64,000 nucleotides of DNA from Octopus sinensis (Eukaryota): contig NW_021824837.1 of the NCBI RefSeq assembly GCF_006345805.1, positions 9,749-73,748 on the forward strand. The letters run 5' to 3'. The number at the start of each line of letters is the position of its first letter. Position 1 is the stretch's first letter. Made by a program: the position numbers and the translations under genes. This document shows, one piece after another, positions 1-12,220 of the stretch. The notes beneath the pieces were generated by a model. That model did not search any database and was not told the origin of the DNA. It saw only the letters and a list, made by a program, of their open reading frames with translations.

Positions 1-212
1 TCTCACTCTTACTTCCTGTTTCTGTTGTACCTGTATTTCAAGGGGCCAGCCTTGTCACTCTCTGTGTCACGCTGAATATCCCCGAGAACTACGTTAAGGG
101 TGCACGTGTCTGTGGAGTGCTCAGCCACTTACACGTTAATTTCACGAGCAAGCTGTTCCGTTGATTCGGATCAACCGGAACCCTCATCGTCGTAACCGAC
201 GGAGTGCTTCCA
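1..212 (+). mobile_element. SINE family C, 3' portion (truncated by window start)
   Basis: Near-identical to the 3' half of the full copy at 62409-62790 and the reverse copy at 35042-35353; ends ...gtaaccgacggagtgcttcca. Confidence 0.9.
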
Positions 213-1061
213 AAAATTAGTGATTGATTGCCCTTTCTCTTCTCTATGTCACAACCAACGTCCAACTTCATACCGCTCTATCTCTATAGAGCGCTCTCTC
301 TCCAATCTTTATACCGCTTTATTTCCTTATTCTCTTCTTTGTGAACAATGGTGAATTTCCCTCTCCGTCATTCCCCCTCTCTTTATATATTTTATGTGTA
401 CCAGTAATTGGACTGCGGTCATGCTAGGTTACCGCCTCGACGGTTTTAATCGAACAAATCGACCACATTTCTTGTTTGTAACGCTGGTGCTTATGCTTCA
501 AGCTCTTTCGCCAAATCCCCAAGTAACGGGGACGCAAACAAACCTGCACCAGTCATCAAACGGTAGTGGGAAATAAACTTCGCAAAAACACACATGCAAA
601 CGTGAGTTTTATTGAACTCTACTTTTTGGAGTTTCGTTCTGATTACTTTCTCAAATACTTTCTTGTAAACTGTTTTTAGCATTTTCTTATTATTATCAAA
701 GAATGTATCTCTGTTTTTTAATACATTTGTGATAACCAGTACTTAACACAACAAAGGTTATACAAAGCTTTACATTTTACTTTTGACAATCTTTTTCTAA
801 AAAAGTGAAAACGGTCAAGTGAATAAACATCTTTAAAATTGCATTTTCAAACCTTCTTTCATATATATTCCACACGTACTTTGAAATTTGAAAACTGAAT
901 TTGAAAACTCCATTAGAGTGGACGAAAGCGCTAATATGTGATATATGATTTATAAAAACATGTAATATACTAGTAAATATCTGTAAATATAAAACTATCG
1001 AGATTTCTGAGTACCTCATTTCTTCTAATATATATTAGCTGTACATCATCTCCAAACCTTC

Positions 1062-1074
1062 TAATATATATATA

Positions 1075-1139
<65 letters not shown>

Positions 1140-1205
1140 TATATATATATATATATATATATACATACATAGATATACATATATACATATATATATATAT
1201 ACACG

Positions 1206-1246
<41 letters not shown>

Positions 1247-1406
1247 ATATATATACATATATATATATATATATACATATATATATTGGCCTGCTTGCTT
1301 AGCCAGCGGGATGGCGTCATTTGAAGGCTAAAACGATGCGAAGCGCATTGTGACCAGCGATATGTAGCAACATCTGATAGCCTGGTCGGTCACTGTGATA
1401 ACGGTG

Positions 1407-1469
<63 letters not shown>

Positions 1470-1482
1470 ATATATATATATA
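1062..1482. repeat. Two (TA)n microsatellite tracts separated by ~120 bp of unique sequence
   Basis: Direct inspection. Confidence 0.95.
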
Positions 1483-2519
1483 AAGAGTGAGAGAAAGAAA
1501 GAAAGAAGAAAGAAAGAAAGAGACAGAGACAGACAGACGTATGCATGCTCATCTCTCAACTTGGCTCTTACTATCTCTCTTCTCACCTATGTTCATTTCT
1601 GCCTTTGTACTCTTTCTCTCAACCTCTTAATCTCATTCTTTCTCTTCTGATGAAGTAGGTAAAATAGGTGACTGGGTATTATCTAGCATTATACACGATG
1701 ATGTGCGTGTGTGTGCATTTGTATTTTTGTTTGGGTATGTGAATAATTATGCATACTGGTGCAGGGGTGGAGGAAAAGGAAAATGGAGAGAGACATTTTA
1801 ATAACTACACATATCTGAATGAGATGTGTAATTTTGCGGCTTCATACACACATACGCACAACACACACACACTCACGCAAACACTCACACACTATCTCAC
1901 ACGCACATACTTTCTCTGTCTCACGCACACTAACACATACATTTACTCTCTCAAAAATATATCCCTCTCACATACACTCACTCACTCCACGCAAATATAT
2001 ACATACACATTCTTCTACTTTCACTTTCTCTTTCACTTTCTCTCACTTTCTCTCTCTCTCTCTCTCTCTTTGTATCTCTCGTGCACGCACACTCACACAC
2101 ACACACGTACGCACACACATACACAGCAACAGCAGAGACACAGTGTCTATGAGTTAATTGCAATGTTCTCCCGTGTTCCGCTATCTGCAATTATATGCTG
2201 TCTATAAATACGCGCCGTGTGCGTGCAACACATTTTAATTTCGTTTATCCTTCCTCATCATCATCATCATCATTACCATCATCATTGTCCTCATCATCAT
2301 CATCGTTATCATCATCATTATCATCATCATTGTCATCATCATCGTTATCATCATCATTATCGTTATCATCACTATCGTTATCATCATCATCGGCACAATA
2401 ATTAGCCGGCCTTCTCTCTCTCTCTCTCTGTCTGTGTTTCTCTTTCTCTCTCATTCTCTCTCTTCTCCTCAATTTGTAAACCTGAAAATTTCGCAGGGCT
2501 ACTTGTCACTTTTGTGAAG

Positions 2520-2531
2520 AGAAAAAAAGAA

Positions 2532-2585
<54 letters not shown>

Positions 2586-2881
2586 TTATAGTAGAGAAAG
2601 ATAATGTTTTTGTGTGCGGGAAAGGGTGATAGAGAGAGAGAAACAGAGAGCGTTTGTGTACGTACTTGAGTGATCGTGTGTATATGTAATTGGAAGAAGG
2701 AATGTGCGTGGGTGTGTGTGTGTGTGTGTCTGCGTGTGTGTGATAGAGAAAGAGAGAGAGAGTGAGGAAAAAGAGAGAGCGTGGGAGTAAGTGTGTGAGA
2801 GAGAAAAAAATTGTGCGTGCGTGGGAGATTGTGTGTATGTATGTGAGAGAGTACGAATGTGTGTGTGTAAGTGTGTGAGAG

Positions 2882-2954
<73 letters not shown>

Positions 2955-2963
2955 TAGATAAAT

Positions 2964-3012
<49 letters not shown>

Positions 3013-3016
3013 GAGA
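2520..3016. repeat. Compound (GA)n/(GT)n/(GATA)n microsatellite
   Basis: Direct inspection; pure (GATA)n at about 2882-2978. Confidence 0.95.
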
Positions 3017-4536
3017 CGGGGATGTTTGTGTATTCTTTTAGTCTTTTACTGTAGTCATTGCTGGAGCACCATATTTAAGTCGAAGAAATCGACCCTTCGG
3101 CTTATTCTTTGTAAGACTGGTACTTATTCTATCGGTCTTTCTTTTGCCGCTAAGTTAAAAATGTGCATGAAAGAGAAAGAGACTGTGTTTGTATGTGCAA
3201 AGTAGTGTGCGTATGTGTGTGTATGAAACAGAGAGAAAGAGAGAGAGAAAGAGGAAGACACGCACACACACACAGACATTTTGTGTTTGTGGAGTGTCGG
3301 CAAAGGAAGACGTGTACGAGAGAAAAAATTTGCATGTTAGCAAGTATGAGAGAAAAGACAGAGAGTGAAGGAAGGGGCACAAAGCGGTATAAGAGGAGGC
3401 GTTTGGGGATGAGGACTTGTATGTGTGCGTGTCAGGTAGAATGAAATGGTAATTTAAGTCCTATTTGTATACGGCTATATGTGGGTGCATGTGAGTCTGT
3501 GTGTGCATCGTTTATGTTATGCGCAGGTGATCGAATGAATGAGTGTAGGGGGATGTGGGTGGTGTACAAAATTAAATTAAATATTACATTTCCTCTGTCA
3601 CTGCTGTAAGGAATTCTTAAATTCCATTTTATTCCACAACAGACAATAAATAAAATACTGATTCCACTAATTTCTAGTTCCGAGAAATGGAAGAAACTTA
3701 CAAAGGTGCATCGTCAGGGTCACTTTGCTCGACATGCTTAGAAATAAAAACAATATTACATCACATCATAACCTCTCAAGAAAAGGATACCTTAGACAAA
3801 TCTAGGTACTTGTAATATTTCGTAGCTAATAGAATGCATTTGATCATCAAACACGTCGATTAAGATTGAGACTGATTAAACAGCAGCCAATATCTAATAG
3901 TTCGGCTTGAATTTTGGCCAGCCATCCACCTTTCTTCTCTGTCCATGCTGGGACACCAATAATATTTTGAAAGCAGCTAATACCTACATTTAAGATCATT
4001 GCATAATAGAAAATAGGAAATTCATCCCTTACGTAAGACCTTCCTCAGTTAATACATTTCCATTTGACTCGAGCTGAAAATTCTGGTACCGTGTATTGCT
4101 TCTAAGCATAACACGAAATATATGTGTTTATGCTGAACTGAATAAATAATCAGTGTACGCAAGTGAATCAGTGTTAAATTAATATTGTTATCTATGTATA
4201 CAACGTTTATACACCGTTGACAAGCAAGTTGTTGAAGTTTTAATCCGAGATAAAATCACTTTTAACCGTTCTGCATTAAAAACACGATATATATAGGAAG
4301 AGAATGAAAAATCGCAAACTGTAAGGAGTTTAAACACAAATAAGCTGAGTGTCCGTATGGTTTGTCTTATTCTTGCAGAACAAGCATAAGATTGACAATA
4401 ACTTTTGTTAGAAATGCCCAAAGTGCAATGTACGAATGTCTGCTGAGTGAGGCTAAAGCGGAAAGCACCTGGCTGCAAAGCAAACCTCTTAACAGCATGA
4501 TCACAAACTTATCGCGCTGGACAGTATCTCAAACAG

Positions 4537-4815
4537 TTCTGTCAAGACGGATATTTCACTGAATTCACGTGAGACTGTTAACAAAATCAATGTTTCAAGC
4601 ATTATTCATAAAATGAGAAAAATTGCAAAATTCTTTGATAGCACTCCATGAAAAAAACATCTTACAACGTTCTGCTCAACAGAGACATGCAAAGGAATTG
4701 CGAGTAACGTTGGACTGTATAACTAGATGGATCAGTCTTTTAGCTATACTAGAGCGATTTGTGGACAATAAGATTCTATACATAAAAGTTAGTTTATCAG
4801 AAAGCATTTGGTGAA
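4537..4815 (+). pseudogene. hAT-family DNA transposase relic, copy 1
   Basis: Translation IHKMRKIAKFFDSTP*/KNILQRSAQQRHAKELRVTLDCITRWISLLAILERF matches the hAT motif (K-V-R-K-x-V-K-x-F-x-x-S-P-x-K...L-x-L-D-C-x-T-R-W-N-S-L-x-x-M-L-E-R-F); contains a stop and a frameshift. Confidence 0.75.
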
Positions 4816-5010
4816 GAAGATATGTAATTTATAAAATAAAATTTAAGAAACCATCATATGTAATGGCTCTAGTTCGTTTACAGTGGAGTAAATTAAAAGA
4901 CTGCATATGATTCGAAATTCCCATGATCACGATTTAGTTTAAATGAATACACCACATTAAACACTCACCGGTATTTGAATAACAATGCAAATAAGAATGA
5001 TGTAAATTCT

Positions 5011-5618
5011 TATTTCTTTATTACCCAGAAAGGGCTAAACATAGAAGGGACAAACAAGGACAGGCAAAGGGATTAAGGCGATTACATCGATCCCAGTGCG
5101 TAAGTGGTACTTAATTTATCGACCCCGAAAGGATGAAAGACAAAGTCGACCTCGGCGGAATTTGAACTCAGAACGTAGCAGCAGAAAAAAATACCTATTT
5201 CTTTACTACCCACAAGGGGCTAAACATAGAAGGGACAAACAAGGACAGACGAAGGGATTAAGTCGATTACATCGATCCCAGTGTGTAACTGGTACTTAAT
5301 TTATCGACCCCGAAAGGATGAAAGGCAAAGTCGACCTCGGCGGAATTTGAACTCACAACGTAACAGCATACGAAATACCTATTTCCATTTCTTTACTACC
5401 CACAAGGGGCTAAACACAGGGGTAACAAACAAGGACAGACAAACGGATTAAGTCGATTATATCGACTCCAGTGCGTAACTGGTACTTATTTAATCGACCC
5501 CGAAAGTATGAAAGGCTAAGTCGACCTCGGCAGAATTTGAACTCAATACGCAACGGCAGACGAAATACGGCTACGCATTTCACCCAGCGTGCTAACGGTT
5601 CTGCAAGCTCGCCGCCTT
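5011..5618 (-). mobile_element. SINE family B: one full copy plus two tandem headless ~185-bp units
   Basis: Head (reverse complement of aaggcggcgagct..gcagaa) at 5600-5618; B-box-like gagttcaaattc in each unit; tail ...gtaaagaaata occurs three times (5011, ~5196, ~5385). Confidence 0.9.
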
Positions 5619-5906
5619 AACGTTTTCTAGGTTTCTGTTACAGTAGTTAGAATAATTTGATATTTACTTAGAAGTCATTTGACGGAATGTGCTGTCGATG
5701 GTGCGGTTATCATAGTGAATCTGAGAAGGCTCATTGAATGCGATCGGCAATTGTGTTAGGCGCGTGCAATATATTTAACTTCATGTAACGTGTTTTACTT
5801 GAGGTCAGCGACGTCAACCGCTGCCGCTTTTCTGAAATAATACAAGTTGATGATAAGTGTTTATATGGAAATAATTATGAAGAACCGAATGTTTTGATAA
5901 TAACGA

Positions 5907-6139
5907 TTCTGTCAAGACGGATATTTCATTGAATTCACGTGAGACTGGTAACGAAATCAATGTTTCAAGTATCATTCATAAAATGAGAAGAATTGTAAAA
6001 TTCTCCCATAGTTCGCCATTAAAAAATATCTTACAACGTTCTGCTCAACAGAGACATGCAAAGGGATTGCGACTAACGTTGGACTACATAAATAGATCGA
6101 CCAATCTTTTACCTTATACTAGAGCGATTTGTGGACAAT
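5907..6139 (+). pseudogene. hAT-family DNA transposase relic, copy 2
   Basis: 233-bp paralog of 4537-4769; reads IIHKMRRIVKFSHSSPLKNILQRSAQQRHAKGLRLTLDY. Confidence 0.7.
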
Positions 6140-6614
6140 GAGAACATTCATACTGAATGTTGTCATTAATGTCAATCAAACTATGGATAATTGTGATCTC
6201 GAAAAGCAACTAATTTTTCTTTACTATATTTCGGGCGTGGCTTATTCGTGACAAGCTTGTTTCCCAACTACTTGGTTCTGGGTTCAGTCCTATTGTGTGA
6301 CATCTTGGGAAACAGAAAGGAGTCCGTCTTACATATATGTGTATGTGTGTGTGTGTGTGTGGTGTGTGTGTGTGTAAAGAATATGAGGGGGGCTAAGTTC
6401 ATTTGTGATCCAAACGAATAGGTATGCTGAGTAAGTGCTATAGCTTGTCGACCGTTAGATTCCAAGATCACAGCTAAGGCTGGATTTTATTTAATTAGGG
6501 TAATGTGAATTTGAAGTCTTACAGCTGTAGTTAGCATGTCCACACACTGGGTACTCCGTCATCAGAGACAAAGTATGAATATTTTAGGTAGGGAAAATTT
6601 ACCGTTTACAAGGA

Positions 6615-6646
<32 letters not shown>

Positions 6647-6929
6647 GTGTGTGTGTTTGTGTGTGGGGTTATGTTGGGGGTGCGTGAGTGTGTGTGTGAT
6701 ACATGTGTGTCTTTGTCTTGTGTTTGGCTTTGTTCCTCACGACCGCTTGACAACTGGTATTGGTTTGTCTACGTCCCCGTAACTTAGCAGTTCGGCTTAA
6801 GAGTCCCATAGAATAAATGCCAAGCTTAAAGATTAAGTACTGGGGTCGATTGGTTCCCTACTATGACTAGAATCCAATGACGGAAACATGTAAAGGATAA
6901 AAGATACCTCTATAAGGCATATCACAATT

Positions 6930-7435
6930 CTGTTGTGATACAATACAATTGAAATATGAGATGGCATACCACACACTCGATTACACAGTCCACTTTTGAA
7001 ATTACATATACATACATATCACAACGGATATATGTGATATAACGCATTTCTGTTGTGATATTTATATCACAATGGAAGTGTATGATATACATTTTACATT
7101 TCATTTGTGATGTATATCACACCAAAAAGACGTGATACATCATACATTTCTAATGTGATATACAAATATCACGAGTAAAATGTATGATACATAATACAGT
7201 TTTTGTGAGATTATACACCACACATTTTACGATATATCTTATATCGAAATATGATATAGATACTACACTTCTATTGTGATAAATATGACAAAAGATGTGT
7301 ACGATATATCACTTGTTTTCATTTTGATATATATACCATATTTTAGAACAAGATTATATATCATACATTCTGTTGATATTAAATATTACCACAGCAGGAA
7401 TGTAATGTGTGATATATCACACAATTTGATTTTGT
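6930..7435. repeat. Old degenerate ~50-bp minisatellite with TGTGAT..ATCACA palindromic cores
   Basis: Recurring catttc..tgtgat(a)..atatcac..tgatac units, e.g. at about 7045, 7096 and 7145, plus tgtgatatatcaca at 7408. Confidence 0.55.
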
Positions 7436-7791
7436 GAACGTAACAAAACATATGAAAACCTCAGTGAAGTCAATCGATAAATTATCAACTAATGTTTTCG
7501 ATAGATCAAGGTTTGTTGTCATTGAGCTGTGAGATTTAAGCGATCCAATTCAATTAACAGCGCGTAAACAGGCAATGCAAAGAGAAGTGTGTGATTCACT
7601 GCTGTACACAGCGCAAGTGTTGCATAAGTGGCGAGTGTTTTGTTAACTTATTAATATTGTTTGTTAATATCTCTTGTGGAAAAGAACTGTGAAATGTAGA
7701 ATTACGCAGTATACCAGCAATAGATAGATAGCTAGAAAGAGAGAGAGTGAGAGAAAGAGAGAGAGTGAGAGAAAGAGAGAGGGTGTGTATA

Positions 7792-7843
<52 letters not shown>

Positions 7844-7958
7844 AATGAATGAATAGAAGTGATGTTAAAGACATATAGAAGTGGGTGGAATCAGCGACGT
7901 CGATGATGAAGATGACGGCCATTACGAACACGACGACGATCACAACGATCGCGGCCAC

Positions 7959-9394
7959 GAAGAAGAAGAAGAAGAGAAGAAGAAGAAGAAGAGAAAGAAG
8001 AAGAAGAAGAAGAAGAAGAAGAGAAGAAGAAGAGAAGAAAGAAGGAAGAAAAAGAAGAAGAAAGAAGAATAAGAAGAGAAGAAGAAGAAGAAGAGGAATA
8101 AGAAGAAGAAGAAGAAGAGAAGAAGAAGAAAATAAGAAGAAGAAGAAGAAGGAAAGAAGAGAAGAAGAAGAATAAGAGGAGAAGAAGAAGAAGAATAAGG
8201 AGAAGAAAGGAAGAGAAAAGAAGAGGAAGAAGAATAAGAAAAGAAGGAGAAGAAAAGGAGAAAAGAAGAAGAAGGAGAAGAAGAAGAAGAAGAAGGAGAG
8301 AAGAAGGAGAAGAGAAAAGAAGAAGAGAAGAAGAAAAGAAGAAGAGGAATAAGAAGAAAAGAAGAAGGAGGAGAAGAAGAAGAAGAAGAAGGAGGAAAGA
8401 AGAAGAAGAAGAAGAAAGAAGAAGAAGAAGGAGGAAGAAGAAGAAGAAAAGAAGAGAATAAGGAGAAGAAGAAGATGAAGAAGAATAAGAAGACGAAGAA
8501 GAGGAATAGAGAAGAAGAAGAAGAAAGAAGAAGAAGAATAAGAAGAATAAAGAAGAGGAAGAGAAAGAAGAGAAGAGGAAGAAGAAAAGAAGAAGAATAA
8601 GAATAAGAAGAAGAAGAAGGAGAAGAAGAAGAAAGAAGAAGAAGAAGAAGAAGAAGAGAAGAAGAGGAAGAAGAAGAAAAGAAAAGAAGAAGAAGAGAAG
8701 AAAAGAAGGAGAAGAAGAAGGTAGAAGAATAAGAAGAAAAGAGGAAGCAGAAGAAGAAGGAGAAGAAGAAGAGAAGAAGAAGAAGAAAAGAAGGAGAAGA
8801 AGAAGAAAAAGAAGATGAAGAAGAAGAAGAAGAAGAATAGGAGAGACGAATAAGAAGAAGAAGATGAGGAAGAAGAAGAAGAAGAAGAGAAGAAGAAGAA
8901 GAAGAAGAAGCAGATGAAGAAGAAGAAGGAGAAGAAGAAGAAGAATAAGAAGAGAAGAAGAAGAAAAAAATAAAACGAAGAAGAGAAGAAGAAAAGAGAG
9001 AAGAAAAGAATAAGAAGAAGAAGAAGAGAAGAATAACAGAATAAGAAGAAGAGGAGAAGAAAAGAATAAGAAGAATAAGAGGAAGAAAAGAAGAAGAAGA
9101 ATAATGAAAGAAGAAGAAGAAATAAGAGAAGATCGAATAAGAAGAAGAAAGGATAAAGAAAGAGAAAAAGAGATAAGAAGCGAAGAGAAAAGAGAGAAGA
9201 GGAAGAATAAGAAGAAGAAAGAAGAGGAAGAAGCAGCAAGACGAAGAAGAAAGATGACTAGGAGAAGAGGAAGAAGAAGAAGAAGAAGGAAAGAAGAAAG
9301 AAAAAAAAAGGAAGAAGAAGAAGAAGACAGGAGAAGAAGAAGAAAAGAAGAAGAAGAAGAAGAAGAAGAAGAAGAAGAAGAAGAAGAAGAAGAA
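7959..9394 (+). repeat. ~1.44-kb degenerate (GAA)n polypurine tract
   Basis: Almost exclusively A/G on the + strand, with scattered AAT interruptions. Confidence 0.97.
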
Positions 9395-9532
9395 ATTAAA
9401 CAGCTTAACTGAAAACCAGTTGATTAATAAGGAAAATTGTCTCAGGACTTTGCTAGAACTTTCAGTCTCTAGTCTTCCACTGAATGGTCACTGCTGGAAC
9501 GGTTTCACACATAGGCTTGCTAGGTTAAGAAT

Positions 9533-9715
9533 CTTTTCTACGCTAGGCACTAGACCCGAAATTTTGGGGGAGGGGCCCAGTCGATTAGATCGACGCCCCG
9601 AAAAATGAAAGGCAAAGTCGACCTTGGCGGAATTTAAACTCAGAACGTAAAGATAGACGAACTACCGCTAAGCATTTCGCTCGGCCGACAAACGTTTCTG
9701 CCAGCTCGCCGCCTT
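9533..9715 (-). mobile_element. SINE family B (variant tail)
   Basis: Reverse complement of head aaggcggcgagctggcagaaacg at 9693-9715; body aaaggcaaagtcgacc...ggaattt.aactcagaacg. Confidence 0.85.
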
Positions 9716-9825
9716 GCTTGCCAGGTTGAGAATAACATAAGGTTATTTATCAACTTTCACAATAATGGTATCACATGAATATATACCACAATACTCGTTC
9801 TTATAAAAGTTACATGAATATATAG

Positions 9826-10095
9826 GCGCAGAGTGACTGTGTGGTAAGTAGCTTACTTACCAGCCTCATGATTCCGGGTTCAGTCCCACTGCGTGGTACC
9901 TTGTACAAGTGTCTTCTACTATAGCCTCGGGCTATAAAGTACCAATTTGGCACTGGGGTCGATGTAATCGACTTAATCCCTTTGTCCTTGTTTGCCCCCT
10001 CTATGTTTAGCCCCTTGTGGGCAGTAAAGAAATATACTATAGCCTCGGGCCGAATAAAGCCTTGTGAGTGGATTTGGTTGACGGAAACTGAAAGA
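9826..10095 (+). mobile_element. SINE family A 5' half, interrupted by a SINE B 3' fragment (9933-10034) with a 16-bp TSD
   Basis: TACTATAGCCTCGGGC at 9917-9932 and 10035-10050 flanks a 102-bp B tail. Confidence 0.9.
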
Positions 10096-10746
10096 CTTTG
10101 TTTACGAATTCAGTGAACAAAACACTTTTCTGATAAGTGTGTACATCAGCTAACTGATACACGTCAGATAAGCGGGTACCCGCTCTGAGGCAAATTCTTT
10201 CATTGTTTCCACCAAAATTCAGAGAGGAATGAAACGATCTGTCATTCATCACCATCTCTGAGATCCTATGAGTTAACGATGTCGCCCTTCGTCACAATTT
10301 ATTTCAGCTTTGAAAAACTGTCTATACTTACTAATAGCTAACAACTTAGCTTACGAATTTATCGGCATACTGTAGCTGTGTGGTAAGCAGCATGCTTCCC
10401 AATCACATGGTTCCGGTTTCAGCTCACTGTGTGGCAGCTTGGGCAAATGTCTTCTGTTATAGTCTCACGTTACCCAAATCATTGTGCGTGGATTTGGTAG
10501 CTGGAAACTGAAAGAAGCCCGGCGTATTTTATATATGTGTTTGTGGTGTTGGGATGTATACAGATCTTATTGTTTGCTTGGACTTGTGACAATGAAGTTT
10601 CAAATAATTTACATCGATTTCACCTATCAATTCATATGAGAAGAACCGGTTTCAATAATAATCTAGCTGAAACTATTTCTCATCATTCATACCAGTAATA
10701 CCTTCAGGAATGCATGGCAGTAAGAAGAATTCAAAATTAATGTTAT

Positions 10747-10901
10747 AGGCACAGGAGTGGCTGTGTGTTAAGTAGCTTGCTTACCAACCACATGGTTCTG
10801 GGTTTAGTCCCACTGCGTGGCACCTTGGGCAAGTGTCTTCTACTATAGCCTCGGGCCGACCAAAGCCTTACGGAAACTGAAAGAAGCCCGTCGTATATAT
10901 G

Positions 10902-10932
<31 letters not shown>

Positions 10933-11154
10933 ATGTTTGGGTATCTGCGTTTGTCCCCCACAACATCGCTTGACAAACGATGCTGGTGTGTTTACGTCCC
11001 CGTAACTTAGTTGTTCGGCAAAAGAGACCGATAGAATAAGTCCTAGGCTTACAAAGAATACGTCCTGGGGTCGATTTGCTCGACTAAAGGCGGTGCTCCA
11101 GCATGGCCACAGTCAAATGACTGAAACAAGTAAAAGAGTAAAAGAGTAAAAGAG
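10747..11154 (+). mobile_element. SINE family A, near full length
   Basis: tRNA-like A-box tggctgtgtg.taag, B-box ggttt/cagtccc, CORE-like gcaccttgggcaagtgtctt, internal (TA)(TG) microsatellite, (TAAAAGAG)n tail. Confidence 0.92.
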
Positions 11155-11724
11155 AAGCATCAAAACGTAAGTATTTCGTGATGAATCTAATGAAAGGGAA
11201 ACATCTATATAGTCGTTATACCTAGAAATAACAGCCAAACATCGCTCGTGCATATACTCAATCTTTCACACTCATACTAACATACATGAACACACGCACA
11301 ACGCGACTGCTTTATGTGTATATAAAAGTAATTCCCATCAACATTGATGAATTTACTCAAATACGTACGTATGCACATTATCACATTAGAAAGCTTGTGA
11401 CTATCTAAATACACATAACAACTCGTATTCCAACAGAAATACAATTAAAAATCTATCCACGCTTCACACAAATATCTATCCACACAGACACACACACAGA
11501 CAAACACACACTTAAACAAATACAGTAATACACACGCGTACATCCATTTTTACAAATATTCCTAATAGTGATATTCATATTTATACACACACATATGTAT
11601 CTATATGTTAGTGTGTGTTTATGTGCGTGTGAGTGTATATATGTATTTTGTATGCATGTGTGTATACACATGTATGTGTATCTATGTATGTATCTTTGTA
11701 TGTGCGCATATATATCTATATCTT

Positions 11725-11727
11725 TTC

Positions 11728-11789
<62 letters not shown>

Positions 11790-11796
11790 TATCTAA

Positions 11797-11884
<88 letters not shown>

Positions 11885-12090
11885 ATGTATATATATATAT
11901 ATCGACATACATATATATATTTATAAATACATACATACATACACACATTCATACATACATATACATATATTATATATATATATATATATATATAGTATAT
12001 ATAATATATATATGTGTGTGTGTGATGTGGTGTGTGTGGATGTGTGTGTATAAAGCGCAGAAACAGAAGGAGGTAGATAGATAGATAGAC

Positions 12091-12171
<81 letters not shown>

Positions 12172-12220
12172 GAGATAGATAGATAGATAGATAGATAGAT
12201 CGATAGATAGATAGATAATT
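11725..12220. repeat. Compound (TCTA)n/(TA)n/(GATA)n microsatellites
   Basis: Direct inspection. Confidence 0.95.

Noticed and set aside
2195-2215. TATA-like ctataaatacgcgcc
   Set aside because: Isolated motif followed by microsatellites, with no downstream exon evidence.
7596-9239. 547-aa minus-strand ORF (L/F/S-rich) and overlapping K/E/R-rich plus-strand ORFs
   Set aside because: Translation of the GAA/TTC tract; the pyrimidine strand lacks A and therefore stop codons.
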